Shown piece by piece: positions 1 through 12,400 of a stretch of DNA of 64,000 nucleotides. Source of the stretch: Protoeuglena noctilucae (Eukaryota); NCBI GenBank assembly GCA_958009085.1, contig OY253671.1, positions 496,001 to 560,000 on the forward strand, given 5' to 3'. The translations under genes were made by a program, and so were the position numbers. Each line of letters opens with the position of its first letter. The stretch's first letter is position 1. The notes under the pieces are model-generated. The model worked only from the letters and a program-made list of their open reading frames with translations, did no database searches and had not been told where the DNA came from.

Positions 1-1364
1 GCAGGCGGCGCGGGCCCTTGGCTCACCGCAGCCAGGACGCCCAACCGCTCAGCCTCTTGCTGCTGCGATGCGATTCGCTGCTGCACTTGGCACAGATACG
101 CCTTGGCCTCCTCGACGCGCTGTGCGGCGTCGCGTTCCTCCCCACGCAGCTCCTCTGCCACGCTCTCGGCCCGCGTGGCCTGCAGGTCCAAGGCCGTCGC
201 CTGCGGGGGAGAGGAAGACCACCTGTTGCAGATGCGGCGACGATGAGACTCCCAGACTGCGGAACTGTCAGGGCGCCAGCCCTTCCCAACCCGGCACCTC
301 CTGGGCACAGTCCTCAGCCTCGTTCCACAGGACCCGGCAGCGGACGAGCAGCATGTCCAGCTGCCTCTTGTAGTCGTCGGTGTCGTCATTCTCCGAACCG
401 CCTCCCCGCCCGGGACCTGCCACGGGCACCGGCACCCCGCTTGGCGGCCCGTCCCAGGACGCCAGGGCCGGGTCGTCCCCGCGACTGCGCAGCTTGTCCT
501 TGCGGGCCGCGTAGCCCTGGATGAGCTGCTGGAGCGCGATGTTGGCCGCGCGGGACTTGATGGGCATACGACAGAAGGGGCAGAGTCCCTTGCCGTGCGT
601 TACCATGTGGTGGTCGAGGCACTGCGGCGGCGCCCGTTGCGCGTGGCTGTTGGCGCTGGCCCGGACGCTTGACACGCCGCGCCTCGCTGCTGTTGCGTTG
701 CGCCACCTCACCTCGCTGCAGAAGGAATGGCCGCACGGGAACAGCAGGACGGGGCCGTGCTGGGGTGGCACCATAAGCTCGTAGCAGATGGGGCACGTAT
801 GGGACTCGAGCTCCTTGACGAGGTGACCCTCCAACACGGCGCCCTCTCGCGCCTGCGGGAGGTGTCGCTGAGGTGGAATGGGCACTACAGTCGGTCCGGG
901 CGACGTCCCCAGTGCCGGCCCTGCCCAGTGCCCACCTCGATCAGCTGCCGCGCCAGCATGCTGGCCCTCTGCTCCTTCTCCACCTCCGCACGCAGCTCCT
1001 CACGAAGCCGGTCGGCCAGGCGCTCGGTCAAACGCGTCAGGTAGGCCTCCGAGTCGATGCCCGGGCCTGCAGCAGCGTGGCTTGCCGCTGGCTCCGAGTG
1101 GTCGCGAGGCATCGGGGTACCCGGCTCGTCTCTGACGGATGCGCCGCGCCCATCGAACCGCGACTCCCGCGCGAGCTCGTTCGCGACCATCTCGTGCTGG
1201 AGGGCCGCGTCACGCTCGCGGAACCACTGCGCCTTCATCGCCTGCGTCGCCTTCCTGCGCCGGGCAGCCTCCGCCTGCACTTCGCCTGCAACATCGCGGC
1301 CCGACGAGCTCGCTTCCGCGGAGAGGGACTCCCGGGTGGCAAAGAACTCGCGCTGGTGGAACAT
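1..1364 (-). CDS. RING-finger (C3HC4) plus coiled-coil protein, putative E3 ubiquitin ligase; multi-exon, runs off the left edge
   Basis: Spliced translation gives CPICYELM...LFPCGHSFCSE|CLDHH...CPFCR, a RING-HC pattern. GT-AG introns at ~855-936, ~624-711 and ~203-298. The start ATG at 1364 is tentative. Confidence 0.85.
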
Positions 1365-1982
1365 CCAGGAGAGAGGCAATGTGCCACAGCCGGCATGCGA
1401 CGCTGTGTCTCGTGTCTTCTGCCGCAGGCTTAGGATGCCGCAGAGGGCTTAGAGAACCCGGAGTGCCTCGCGCACTTGTCAGAACACGCGAGGTGTCAAG
1501 TCAGCGAGTTGTAGCTCCGCACGGGCCTTGCTCGGCATCAGTGCGCCTTCCCACATTACTCCTCCTCGCGCTGCCGTAGCAAAGTGGAACTGATAGTGCG
1601 GTGCTAGGGGGACCAAGGCGCTCGGGGAATGGAGTTGGATGTGGAACGGGCCCTCATGGAGGGCCCGGAGTATGTCCAAAAGCTAAAAGACCGCGCCAAC
1701 GCCAGCCTGCCCGGTGAGGACGCATGAGCGATCGAGGCCGTCATCGGAAGGCAGCCGCGGCAGCATTTCCCTCGCTGTGAAAGTACGGCTTTTAAATGTG
1801 CAAATAAGGACTGTTGGGGCCCTTGAGTACCCTCATGGTGATGTTCTCTCGCCAGGTCTCCGCCTTTTTGCGAGGAATGACAAAGTGCCCCCATGCAACG
1901 TGATCTTCTCACAGCTGGGCCCCCTTTGTGTCGAGAAAAGGATCATAGTCACCGCGTGACTCCTTCCTGCCCCGCTTTCCCG

Positions 1983-2735
1983 ATGACGAGCGCAGGTCGC
2001 AAGTCGGGGTCCCAACGCGCCTCGCTGGAGCAGGGGCCAAACCAGAACGGCCAGGCGCGCGCGAGTGGCGGTACAACGCCGACATTGTACGAAGTGGTGA
2101 GTGGATGAGTCCCTCGCGAGCTGGCGTTTCGAGATGGATGCATGCGGAGACCTTGCCACTGCGTACCGCGCCTCCTCAGCTGGGAAAGGAAAAGGCGGAC
2201 GAGGCTATTGCCTCCATGGTCGAGATCATGTTTCAGAAGATCCTCGCGGACGCATCGATGGCGCCCTTTTTTCAAGAGGCCGACGTGACCCACATCAAGC
2301 GGCATTTGATGGCATTCTGCATCACGGCGTTCGGGGGTCCGTCCAAATACAGCGGGCTGGACCTGAACCGGGCGCACAAACGCGTGCGGGAGCGCAAAGT
2401 GAGGCCTGGGGTCGTGGGTGGCGCCAGCTAGCTGATGGTGACTGGGTAAGTGCAGCCAGACACCCTCCTCACGATGGCTGCAGGAGATCGAGGAGCGCCA
2501 CTTTGACATCATGCTGGCCCACATGCGGCGGGCGCTGCGAGAGGTCGTCCCGGGTGGCCAGCCTGACGCCATGATTGAGACCGCCATCTCCCAGAGTGAG
2601 CCAAAGTGCATGCTGCTTCATGTGACAATACCCTCTGGCCCGAGGGCCGGGATGACGCATGCCAGTTCCATCTCCCATGCTGCAGTCGCGCAGCACAAGG
2701 CGGCTGTCCTGGCCCCTTCCGTGGATTCCGTCTGA
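1983..2735 (+). CDS. Group I (2/2) truncated hemoglobin, 4 exons (1983-2096, 2180-2398, 2484-2595, 2686-2735)
   Basis: Motifs TLYEV|LG, D..MAPFF, AFGGPSKYSG, proximal His in LNRAH and IEERHFD. All three introns are GT-AG and keep the frame. Confidence 0.9.
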
Positions 2736-3970
2736 CAAACACCCCAACTCCCTCTTCACCGTCACCACCAAGCCTGTCCAGTCTAGTTCGGGGCAGTGCT
2801 TATGCCCCGTGTATCACAAGCTGTCTCTCCCCACAAATGGATGCTGCAAGTCCGCCCGGCATGCCCGCCTGCCTGCCTGCACTCCCCACCATGCCGTGCA
2901 CCTGGAGCTCAGCGTCTTTGCTCGGTCTGAGAAGCTCGCCGTAGGGTGCTCCCCATCTGCGCCCGTTGCCCTCATCCGGACACCACAGCACCACCCGGTG
3001 GCTGCCATCTGACCATGGTCAGGGGTATGGCCGCCCCCACTGCATGCGCTGCTTCACACACGCAGTAGTTCCCGCGTAGCGCCCTCCATAGCAATAGAAA
3101 ATTGAAATCAAGTGGGCGCGTGGCGCTGCAGCCGCTCCAAGTGCAGGTGCCGCAAGATGTCGTTAATTTCCCGGTAGATGTCCCACGCCGTGACGTCGGC
3201 GCCGGAGTCAGCTGCCACGGGCTCTGCTTCGCCGGGCGCATGGGCGTCTGCAGGGTGGGACGCCGTCACATCGGGCTCTGGGGGACCTCGAACTTCCGCT
3301 TGGGCGTGAGATTGCGACCGCCGTTCGTGTCCATCAGGTCTGCAGGAAAGGAGTTGACGCAGAATAAAGCTGGCCGGCCCAGCCTCGCGCGCAGTCCCGG
3401 CACCCGTCATCTCGAATCGCTGCAGCTCACCTGCCGCCGTTTAGGTCCCCGGAAAGTTGGACCTGGGACAGTCCACGTGCAATGCGCTTCACTTGTAATT
3501 CGTCAGTCGCCTGCTCCGGCGCCTGGACGGTCACGGGAGGACGGGGACCCGTTACCTGCAAATGTCAACCATGCTCGGCAGCTGCGAGGATACACGCGAA
3601 CTCCTCACCTCGGATATCAAGTCAAAAGGTCGCTTGACCGCCTTCCCATGCTTGCTGCGCTCCATACCGCCCATCGCGACGTCGGGCAGGACGGCCATCG
3701 GCCTCGTGGGCGTTGTCACGACCCCGGCCACGCACCCCGCCCCCGGCATCCAGCAAGCGCGCAGTCACTCCCACGCGAGCACTCTAGTTATCTAGATTCC
3801 AAGCCGGTTGCGACGAGGGGTTGGGGCCATGCGTCGTTGCTCTCTCTCTTGACTGGATTGCGAGTTTGCCTACGAAGGACTGAGCCTGCAGAAGTCGGCT
3901 ACTTTTCACACCCGATCCCCATCCATGCTGCCCTAGCTGCAGCCGTCTGTGAGTTACTGACACCGCGCTC

Positions 3971-5984
3971 CTACATCTTGTCAAGCTGGGCATATGTCAG
4001 GGACCTGTTCATGTCAAAGAAGTGCTTGACGCTTTCCTCCGGCGTCCCGACCATCACGCCGTGCCCCAGGTTGAGGATGTGGCCCTTGGATCCCCGGCCC
4101 TTCTTCAGGCAGAGCGTCACCGCCTCTGTGATGCCCTCCTTGGGCCTGGGAGAGGTTGTGGCGAGCGGGTTGAGGCTGGCAGCAAGTGAGCGGCAAGCGA
4201 GCGGAACGCCGGGACGCGAGTCACGGCCGGGCCTCACCCGAAGAGCACCACCGGGTCCACGTTGCCCTGCACCGCCGTCTTGTCCCCCAGGCGCACGCGT
4301 GCGTCGGCCAGGTCAATCGTCCAGTCGAGCCCGATGACGTCCACGCCCGTCGCGCCCGTGCGCTCGATCAGACCCCCCGAGTTGTTGATGTACAGCGTCA
4401 GGGGCACCCGCGGGTGCGTCTTCTTCACCTCCCGCACAACCTGCTCGATGTATGGCCGGCTCCACTTGTCCCACATGTGCGGCGGCAGCTGCCCCCCCCA
4501 CGAGTCGAACATCTGCACTGCCTGCGCCCCCGAGTCGATCTGGAATTTGACGTACGTGGCCAGCTCGGAGGCCAGGTGCGACAGGAGGCGGTGCAGCACG
4601 TCTGGCGCGGACGACGTCATGCTCTTGATCGTCTTGTACGTGGCCGTGGACGACCCTTCGACGACGTACGTCGCCATGGTCCACGGGCAGCCGATGAACC
4701 CGAGCACGGCAGCGCTGCGAGGGGCACGGCAAGGGTCCGTCCGCGGGGCACAGTGTGCTGCATGTCTGGCGTCAAGGCGGTGGCAAGGCTCACCTGTTCT
4801 GCGCCTCGTTCCTGAGGATGGTTAGGGCCTCGCCGACGAAGCGGACCTTGTCCAGGTCAATGGGCCGCAGCATCTTCAGGTCGCCCTCAGCCCTGATGGT
4901 CGTGTCGAGCAGGGGACCCTTGTCGTCGTCAATCTGCGGTTGCCAGGCAGTGAACACAGCTCGCATGGGACCAGCAAGCGTGACAGCCACGTCTGCGAAT
5001 CACAGTCGTACGTGATGGAGTCCATCCCATGCCCACGCCCCACCTCAAAGGGGACCCCGATGGCGGGGAGTGGCGTCAAAATGTCGGAGAAGAGGATGAG
5101 TCCGTCCGGCTTGAACGAATGCCACGGCTGGAGTGTAATCTCTACGATCAAGTCCGTCGTCTCGGACCTCTGCAGGGGTGGAGGGGACCAGGAGGCCACT
5201 TCCGTGATGTCCGGAAGGAAATTCGCAACGAACACCCGTGCGCCGTCAACTCATTTCCGCTATGATCCGCGAGGGGGCACGCTGGACCCCATCGGCCACA
5301 CCTCCCGGAACGACGGGTGTTTCTTCGCAAGCTCGCGATACGCCGCCTGGTAGCGTCCCGCCTGCCGCATCATCCATGCCGGAGCCCGCTCCACCTCTTC
5401 CCCCCGAGCAGCTCTGACCAGAAGCGGATCTGCGAGCGCGAGTCCTGGGCGTCACACGTCGCGGGCCTCCCCAGCAACCCGTGGGCGCCGCTCCCGGCGC
5501 CGGCGCGCGCCGAGGGCGGGCAGCAAACCCTTGCCACGCTCGATTCGCCAATCATCGCTCCAACCGTTCAGGCGGCGGGGCTGAAGAAGGATCCGCGGGC
5601 GCAAGGTCCGGCCTCTTCGACTGGATAAAAATGCGCCCTTCCCGCGCGTGGCATTGGGCGATTCGCGCCGGCCAGGAACAACAAATGCAAAAACGAACGT
5701 AAGCTTCCTCACGGCGCTCTCGAGCGCCCTGGAGGTGCAGTACCCGAGCGCGGGGCCTCAGATCTCAACACGAGGCCCCATTTCGGTCGATGGCGGCGAT
5801 GCCGAGTCGCCTTCTCTACCGATGTCAAGTTGCCGTCAGCACAGCGCTCCTTCGGCGCTCGCGTCTCACCCTGGTCCCCCGAAGCCCTGGCCAGCACCGC
5901 TCCCCGTCGCCGGACCGCCCCCTCCCCTCCGCGACCCACATGGCATGCCGCCGCCAAAGGCTTGGCGGCTAGCGGTGCCGCCAT
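3971..5984 (-). CDS. UROD: Uroporphyrinogen decarboxylase, plastid-targeted
   Basis: Motifs [64 protein letters not shown] and [10 protein letters not shown] transit-peptide-like first exon ([15 protein letters not shown]...) at 5984 is joined by a ~440-nt intron. Confidence 0.95.
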
Positions 5985-6316
5985 CTGGCCCCCCCTGCCC
6001 ACCCCAGCGGCGCTTGCGACCACGACCCCTGTTGCAGCCTGCTGCGACAGAGGGGCCCTGGAATAGAGCCGCTTCCCAACGCCGATGACGAGCGAGCGGC
6101 GACACCTGCGGATTGCAGAGAATTTGGCCGCTGGCGTCGCTGGGGTGCCCACGCTGTGGTGCCACTGGCACGCTGGCACGAGCGCGAGAAAGCGGCGCGG
6201 CGTTCTTGCCACGCCTCAAGACCGCGGCCAGGTTATCTTGGCGGGCTGGAGGTCAGCATTGGCTGAACCGGGAGGAGAAGCTCGGCATCAAGCGCATCAC
6301 GGCAGCCGGATGCCGA

Positions 6317-9300
6317 ATGCCGAAGTTCTTGAGGCTGTCTGGACCGGGTCCAACGCGACACCTCTTTGTTGGCGGATTCACGATCGGGAAGGCGAGCGGG
6401 GCGCGGCCGTGGGTCCCCGCTTCGCTGCAAGTTGCGAGCCGAAGCTTCACGGCACGCGGCCTCCGTCCCATGCAGCCCCCGGACAGCACCAGTTCGGGCC
6501 TGGTTACCCCGGAGGAGATCTGCGCAGCGAAGGCGTCCTACCTCGCCCGCCTACTGGAGCCCTTCGGGCGCTGCAGCGTGCATGCGCCCTCCAACCCGAA
6601 GAAACGGGGCATGCACGTGTCCTTCGATGACGTCGATGCTGCCGTCCGGGCGCGTGACGCCCTCGACGGCACCCCTCACCCCGCGCTGGCCGCGCCGACA
6701 CTCTTCGTGTGCTTCTGCTCGCGCCGGGACCCCCCCGCGGTGCCCGACTGGCAGCCAGCCCACACGATAGGAGAAGCGCTGGCCATCCCCGGGCTGTCCC
6801 TCCACATGAACTTCCTCTCCGAAAACGCCGAGGAGGCCCTTGTCCGCGAGTGCGACGCCCACCCGTGGGTTGAGATGGCCAAGCGTCGCGTGCAGCACCA
6901 CGGCTACCGGTGCGGCCCACCTCGCCCCGCATCACCCCGCGCCGCCGGCCGATGTCCTGTCCCACATACGCTCCTCGCTCCTGGCTCCTCGCTCTCAGAT
7001 TTGACTACGTCCGGCGGCAGCTGGACCTGGACGCCGAGGCGGGGCCGTTCCCGGAGGCCATCCGCAGCGTGGTGGACGCAGTGCAGGGCATGCCCCAGAT
7101 CACCCACGCCCTCGACCAGCTCACCGTCAACGAGTACCCCGCGGGCGTGGGCCTCGCCCCGCACATCGACAGCCACACGTCCTTCGACGATTGCATCGCC
7201 ATTCTGGTGCGTGAGGCGCGGCCGTGAGCATCGTGACGCGGCCTGTCCTGGCGGGAGGTCAACGCTCTTGATCACTCGCTGTCAGGTCGCCCGCAGTCGC
7301 TCCTGTCAGGCGTGGTCATGCAGTTCCGCAATGGGGGTGCCGAGGAGGGCATCCACGCGGCCCCACTGCAGGCCCTCTACCTCCCCCCACGGTCCCTCCT
7401 CTTGCTGACGGGAGAAGCGCGCTACGCATGGCAGCACTACATCCCCCACCGGTGAGCTTGCTTAAACATGGGCGAGCAGGGTGCCCCACATCTCAGCACA
7501 CGGGCCAGTCAGTGACCCTGTGCTTGTGGGCTCGCAGGAAGTCAGACGTGCTATGGGACGAGGACGGCGACCGGGTCCTGGTCCCACGAGGGCCCCGCAG
7601 AGTGTCTTACACTTTCCGAAGAGCGCGGCATGGCCCCTGCGCCTGCCGCTACCCCGAGTGCTGTGACAGCCAGGCGCAGAAGCTTCCGCCCACCCGCCTG
7701 GAGCTTCTCAGCCGAGGCATCGATCCAGAAGCAGCATACAGCGCCATTCGGGAGGGGCGGTGGCCAGAGGGAGTGGTGCCTGCAGGACCTGCCCTGCAGC
7801 GGGACGCAGAGGGAAGGCTCGTCTCGCGGGCCGGCTTGGCGTCGAGGGGCGGGGTTGCGTGCGGTAGCGGACCCCCCGACTGTGACGCAGCGGCCGACCT
7901 GGCTGGGGAGGGTAGGGCGCCCCCAGGAGAGTCCCGGGTCGCAGCGGGGGACGAGGCGGCGGAGGCACTGGGCGCTGATCTGGAGCGTGCCCATGTCCAC
8001 GACGTCTACGACGCTATCGCCCCGCATTTCTCCTCGACCAGGTTCTCCGGTGCGCGCTCCGCATCGCTCCGCACCCCTGCTAAGTCTCATGCACCCTTAC
8101 ACCGCTTGTGGTGACGGTTCGTCACCCGTGGTGTGGCCTCATCAGCGACTGCCGCTTGTCCACGGCTTCGCTCCCTCCCCCGCTGTCCCAGTGTGGCCCA
8201 AGGTCCGTGAGTTTCTCATGTCCCTCGCGCCGAGCTCTCTCCTCGCCGACGTGGGGTGCGGCAACGGCAAGTACTTCGGGGTCCGAGACGACCTGGTGGT
8301 CGTGGGGACCGACATGTCCGTGCCACTATGCGAGGTGAGGTGCGCGCGGCAGCTGCTATGTGTACTTCTGACGGCATCGGTATTGACGGTGGTACCTTGG
8401 CCCCCAAAGCGCATCTTGCAGCACCTGCCATGCCCCAGGTCCCACAATGGGACATAGCCACATTGCTGTACTGACACACTGCCGCATAGGGCACACCCGG
8501 GGTCGACAGCTCGCTTCCATGCCCCGTCTCGCAGCTCGCGTCTGCACGGTCGGAGACTCCGGACGGCGCATCTGGCAAGCGCCCGCGGCTCGCGGGTGTG
8601 GTCGCCGCGGACTCGCTGTGCCTCCCGCTGGCGTCGGGGTCCGTGGACGCGGTCATCTGCATCGCTGTGCTGCACCACATGAGCACGGTGGAGCGGCGCG
8701 TCGCGGTGCTGCGGGAGATTCGGAGGGTGCTGTTGTCTCGCGGCCGGGCTCTGGTCACCGTGGTGAGTGGTGCCTGGGTTGAGGGCCAGGCTGGGGTGAG
8801 ACTGCATCGATTGGCATTTGGTGGTGTCATGGTCCATCGCAAGCGTGGGTCACGTGTGTTGCCCTCTGTGTCGCGCAGTGGGCGACTCGGCAAGAGAACA
8901 TGGACAAGGTGATGAAGTGGGAGAGGATCGGGGCGAGCGCGGCAGCAACGGCAAGAGGAGACGACACCGCCGACGAGTACGTGCGAGGCGGCGGGCACGG
9001 CATCGACTGCATGGGTGCGTGCCAGTGCCGCTGCCCTCAACGCTCCGACTGCGTGGATGGATGTGTGCATAGGCTCTACCCGCGAGCATTCACCAATCGA
9101 TGCTGATGCACGTGCCTCCCTTGCAGTGCCATGGAACGTTCCCGGACATTGGGCTGCGTCGCCGGGTGCCGCAGCAGGGAGCATCACGCCAAGGCACGAG
9201 ACTAGTACCACCGCAGGAGCCCGGGACGAAGAAACTTCCCTCCCCGGGCCCTCCGCAGCCCCCACCAGTGCTGGCGCCGTCTACCGGCGCTACTACCACC

Positions 9301-9407
9301 TCTTTGACAGGGGCGAGTTGCCCAGGCTCGCCAGGTTCGCGGGCCTCGAGGTCGCGTCGGAGTTTTACGACAAGGACAATTGGTGTGCGGAGCTGCGCAA
9401 GAGCTAG
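6317..9407 (+). CDS. ALKBH8: ALKBH8-like tRNA wobble-uridine modification enzyme (RRM + AlkB 2OG-Fe dioxygenase + Trm9-type SAM methyltransferase)
   Basis: AlkB part: RRVQHHGYR|FDY, DQLTVNEYPAGVGLAPHIDSH, EARYAWQHYIP, RRVSYTFR and CACRYPECCDS. Methyltransferase part: HVHDVYDAIAPHFSSTRF, DVGCGNGKY, IAVLHH and VYRRYYHLF...YDKDNWC. Confidence 0.93.
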
Positions 9408-9493
9408 GGGTGGCTGCCACAAGGCAAGGGCAGCTGCTTGTCGCTCGTCGTGCCTTCAAACCGCGACATGCACAGCCACCGGCCATCAGTCCG

Positions 9494-12400
9494 TCACATG
9501 AGCATGTAGTTGGGCCCCCCGCCGCCCTCGGGCGGCTCCCACCGGATGTTCTGCTGGGGATCCTTGATGTCGCACGCCTTGCAGTGCAGGCAGTTGTGCG
9601 CGTGGATTACCAACATCTTGCGCACCGACGGCCCCCGCCCTTGACCCTCGGGGTCGTAAAGCACCGACCCTGTGTGAGCCTCCACCTCCCTCTTCATCGC
9701 CCGCGTGATCTCCCGGTGCAAGTCCTGAGGGTAGTTCGCCCGCAGCAGGTCCGGCCGCGACCCGCCCCCGTCGGGCGTCTGAGGCTCCACGTCCGCCCCC
9801 ACGTACTCAAACACGCCCGCAGGGCAGTACCGGGCCTCGGGGCCCTTGTAGCGGTTCCAGTTGTAGCTAGCATGGAAGACGCGGTCCACCTGGGGCAAAG
9901 CAGCACCCGACAGAGAGGTTAGCAGAGCACTCGGTCGGTGTGAGGCACTTGCGCATGGGGCATGTGAAGGTCTAGCAGAGCACAGTTGGTGGTTGCGCGT
10001 GCCGAGACGCATGGGAACGCGGCAACGCAGCGGACCTGGAGGCGGAGGTGCACCGGCTGGTCTCGCTGGTGGGCCGCCCCGCTCCGCCGCAAAGACATTG
10101 GGATGTCGAACGTGACGCGGCCGTCTGGCGGGTCGTACTTGATCTGCTGGTGGTGCTTGGCCAGGTCCAGCTCTGCAGACGCAGCACAAAAGGAGCTCTA
10201 ACCACGCTCCCCAGCCTCCGCGCTCGGACGCCGCCTCGTGCGCCGCAGATGGCACCCACCGTAGTCCCGGCGCGCGTGGAAGAAGGTGAACCGCACGCGG
10301 CCGTGGAAAAGAAAGACGTCCATGGCGGCCCATGCCATTCCGGCGAACCACCCGAAGCGGGAGAAGGCCGGGCGGATGTTGCGGTGCGCCCACAGCTCGT
10401 CCCACACCCACGAGCCGCGCAGGGCGCGGTCGTACTGAGCGAGGTCCACGAACGGCGACGCGCCGGGGATCTGCTCGAACACCGCGCCCCACCGGAGGCC
10501 TCGCTCGCCTGCCTCTGGGCTGTGCCGCTTGGGTGGCACGGTGTCCTGCAGAGCCCCCACCGTCGCAGCACCGCCGCCAGCGCTGGCCGACTCTCCGCGC
10601 GGCGGAGGGGGGCCCGGCGGTGTTCGCACACCGCTCCGCACGTGCTGCCCTTGCGAAGTCGCTGTGCTGGGCACCCCAGCCCCATCCTCAGCCATCGCAA
10701 GGGACGGTCCCATCACCCCTCCTGAGATCCACGGCTCTCCTTTGTCCCTCGGAGCGCTCGCCCGCGAGAGCGACCGCGCGTGCAACAGCTGGGTTGCAAG
10801 GCTCTCTCCGCCGTCGTCCCCGCTGCTCGACAGGTCGTCCCCCGGCGACATGCCCAGAGCACGCTGGATCTGCGGCCTGGCCACCACCTCTGCGTGCACG
10901 TGCGGCACAAGTGCTGGGGCAATGACGTTAGCTGAGCTGACGACAGGTGCTTGATATCGACGAGTCTCCGCAGCACCAGCAACAGTGACACTGTCCCTTT
11001 GGAGCGTGTCCGATGCGACACCATGGCCCTCACCCTGGTACACCACGTCTGCGGCGAGCGTGCCGGACTTAATGGCGGTGTGGATGCCCTTGACGCGTCC
11101 CACGTTGACGAACCCCGCCGCGCAGCCGATGAGCGCCCCGCCGGGGAAGGCGAGGTAGGGCAGACTGCGCGGGGCAACCGAGGTCGACGGTGGCACAAGA
11201 CGAGGCCGACAGGGGTGGGGTGCACAGGGTGGCGTGTCTTGCGAAGCAATGAAACCAGGGTCAGCATTAACACCATGACATCGATACCATCAGTATGCCC
11301 TCCTGCACCTCTGCACACCGCCCTCGTTGATGGCACGCGCCCCATACTCCACGCACTCGGCCCCTTCCAGAATCTGCAATGAGCACGAGAGATGCGACAT
11401 TCAGTGGTCTCTTGCTGAAAATTGGAATGGACAGACAGGAGGGCGGGCATAGGAGAGGGTGACAGCATGCCCATCCCAGGTGGTGCCCAAAAGCATTCAC
11501 CTCTCGTATCCTTGGGTGAGCTTTGAAGCGGTTCCACTCGTGATAGGGGGACTGGTAGGGGTTGCGGTAGTCGAGGGTGTGGATGAGGCCGATGGAGATG
11601 CGGTTACCGCCCATCCGGTACACGAAGCCGCCGCCGTACGTGCCGCGCTGGGACAGAGGGTAGCCGAGCGTGTGCACCACCTCGCCCTGCACAGGGAATG
11701 GCGCGCTGTTTCCAAGTCATGCAAGTGACGCATTGCAAACGCCGACCACCATGCATGCTGACGCCTGCCCGTCGCAGCGTCACCTCTCTCAGCACGTTGT
11801 TCTCGTCGTCCGGTAACTGCCACACCTCCTTGATGCCCAGGGCATACGTCATGGGCTGCGCGCTGTTGATGTTCCTGCGCCCACAGCCAGCGCTGTCACA
11901 ATGCCATCGCATTAAAAGCATCATAAGCTGGTGAGCATTCGCTGCCAGTCGCATCTCCATCGCATAACCACGTCCGAGCTCACCTGAGGCCATACCGTGC
12001 AATGGCCTGTTGACTCAGGGACCCCCGGCACCCCTCGGCCAGAAGCGTGGCCTTCGCTCGGAATTCCACGCCCTCCTCAAAGCCCTCGAGTTTCCGGCCG
12101 TCCCTCGCCACGCCAAACTCTCCCGTCACCACCCCGCTCACCACGCCGTTCAGCGTCATCTTGAGCCGACTGCCGGCGAACCCTGCGAATTGACAGTGGC
12201 ACCCGCGCTGCCTGTCTGGACAGAGGACAGCTGCCACGTCAACGGTCTCTGCAGGCCAAAGACGACACCTGCGATATGCACCAGGCCTCACCCGTGAATA
12301 TCTCGACCCCCAGGCCCTCAGCCTTGGCCCCCAGCCACCGCACCAGTCCGCTGAGGCTTCCCACCACGTTGCCGTGGTTGTCCAGCGACGGCGGCACCGG

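Noticed and set aside
885..887. Stop overlapping the next ORF start, suggesting readthrough or a frameshift in the RING gene
   Set aside because: It lies inside an ordinary GT-AG intron (~855-936) that joins the two frames.
3102..4337. 411-aa plus-strand ORF
   Set aside because: Non-ATG start, Arg/Pro-rich random-like composition and overlap with UROD on the other strand.
1983..5984. Hemoglobin next to a tetrapyrrole-biosynthesis gene as a functional cluster
   Set aside because: Only two genes, convergent, probably in different compartments; the adjacency is plausibly chance.
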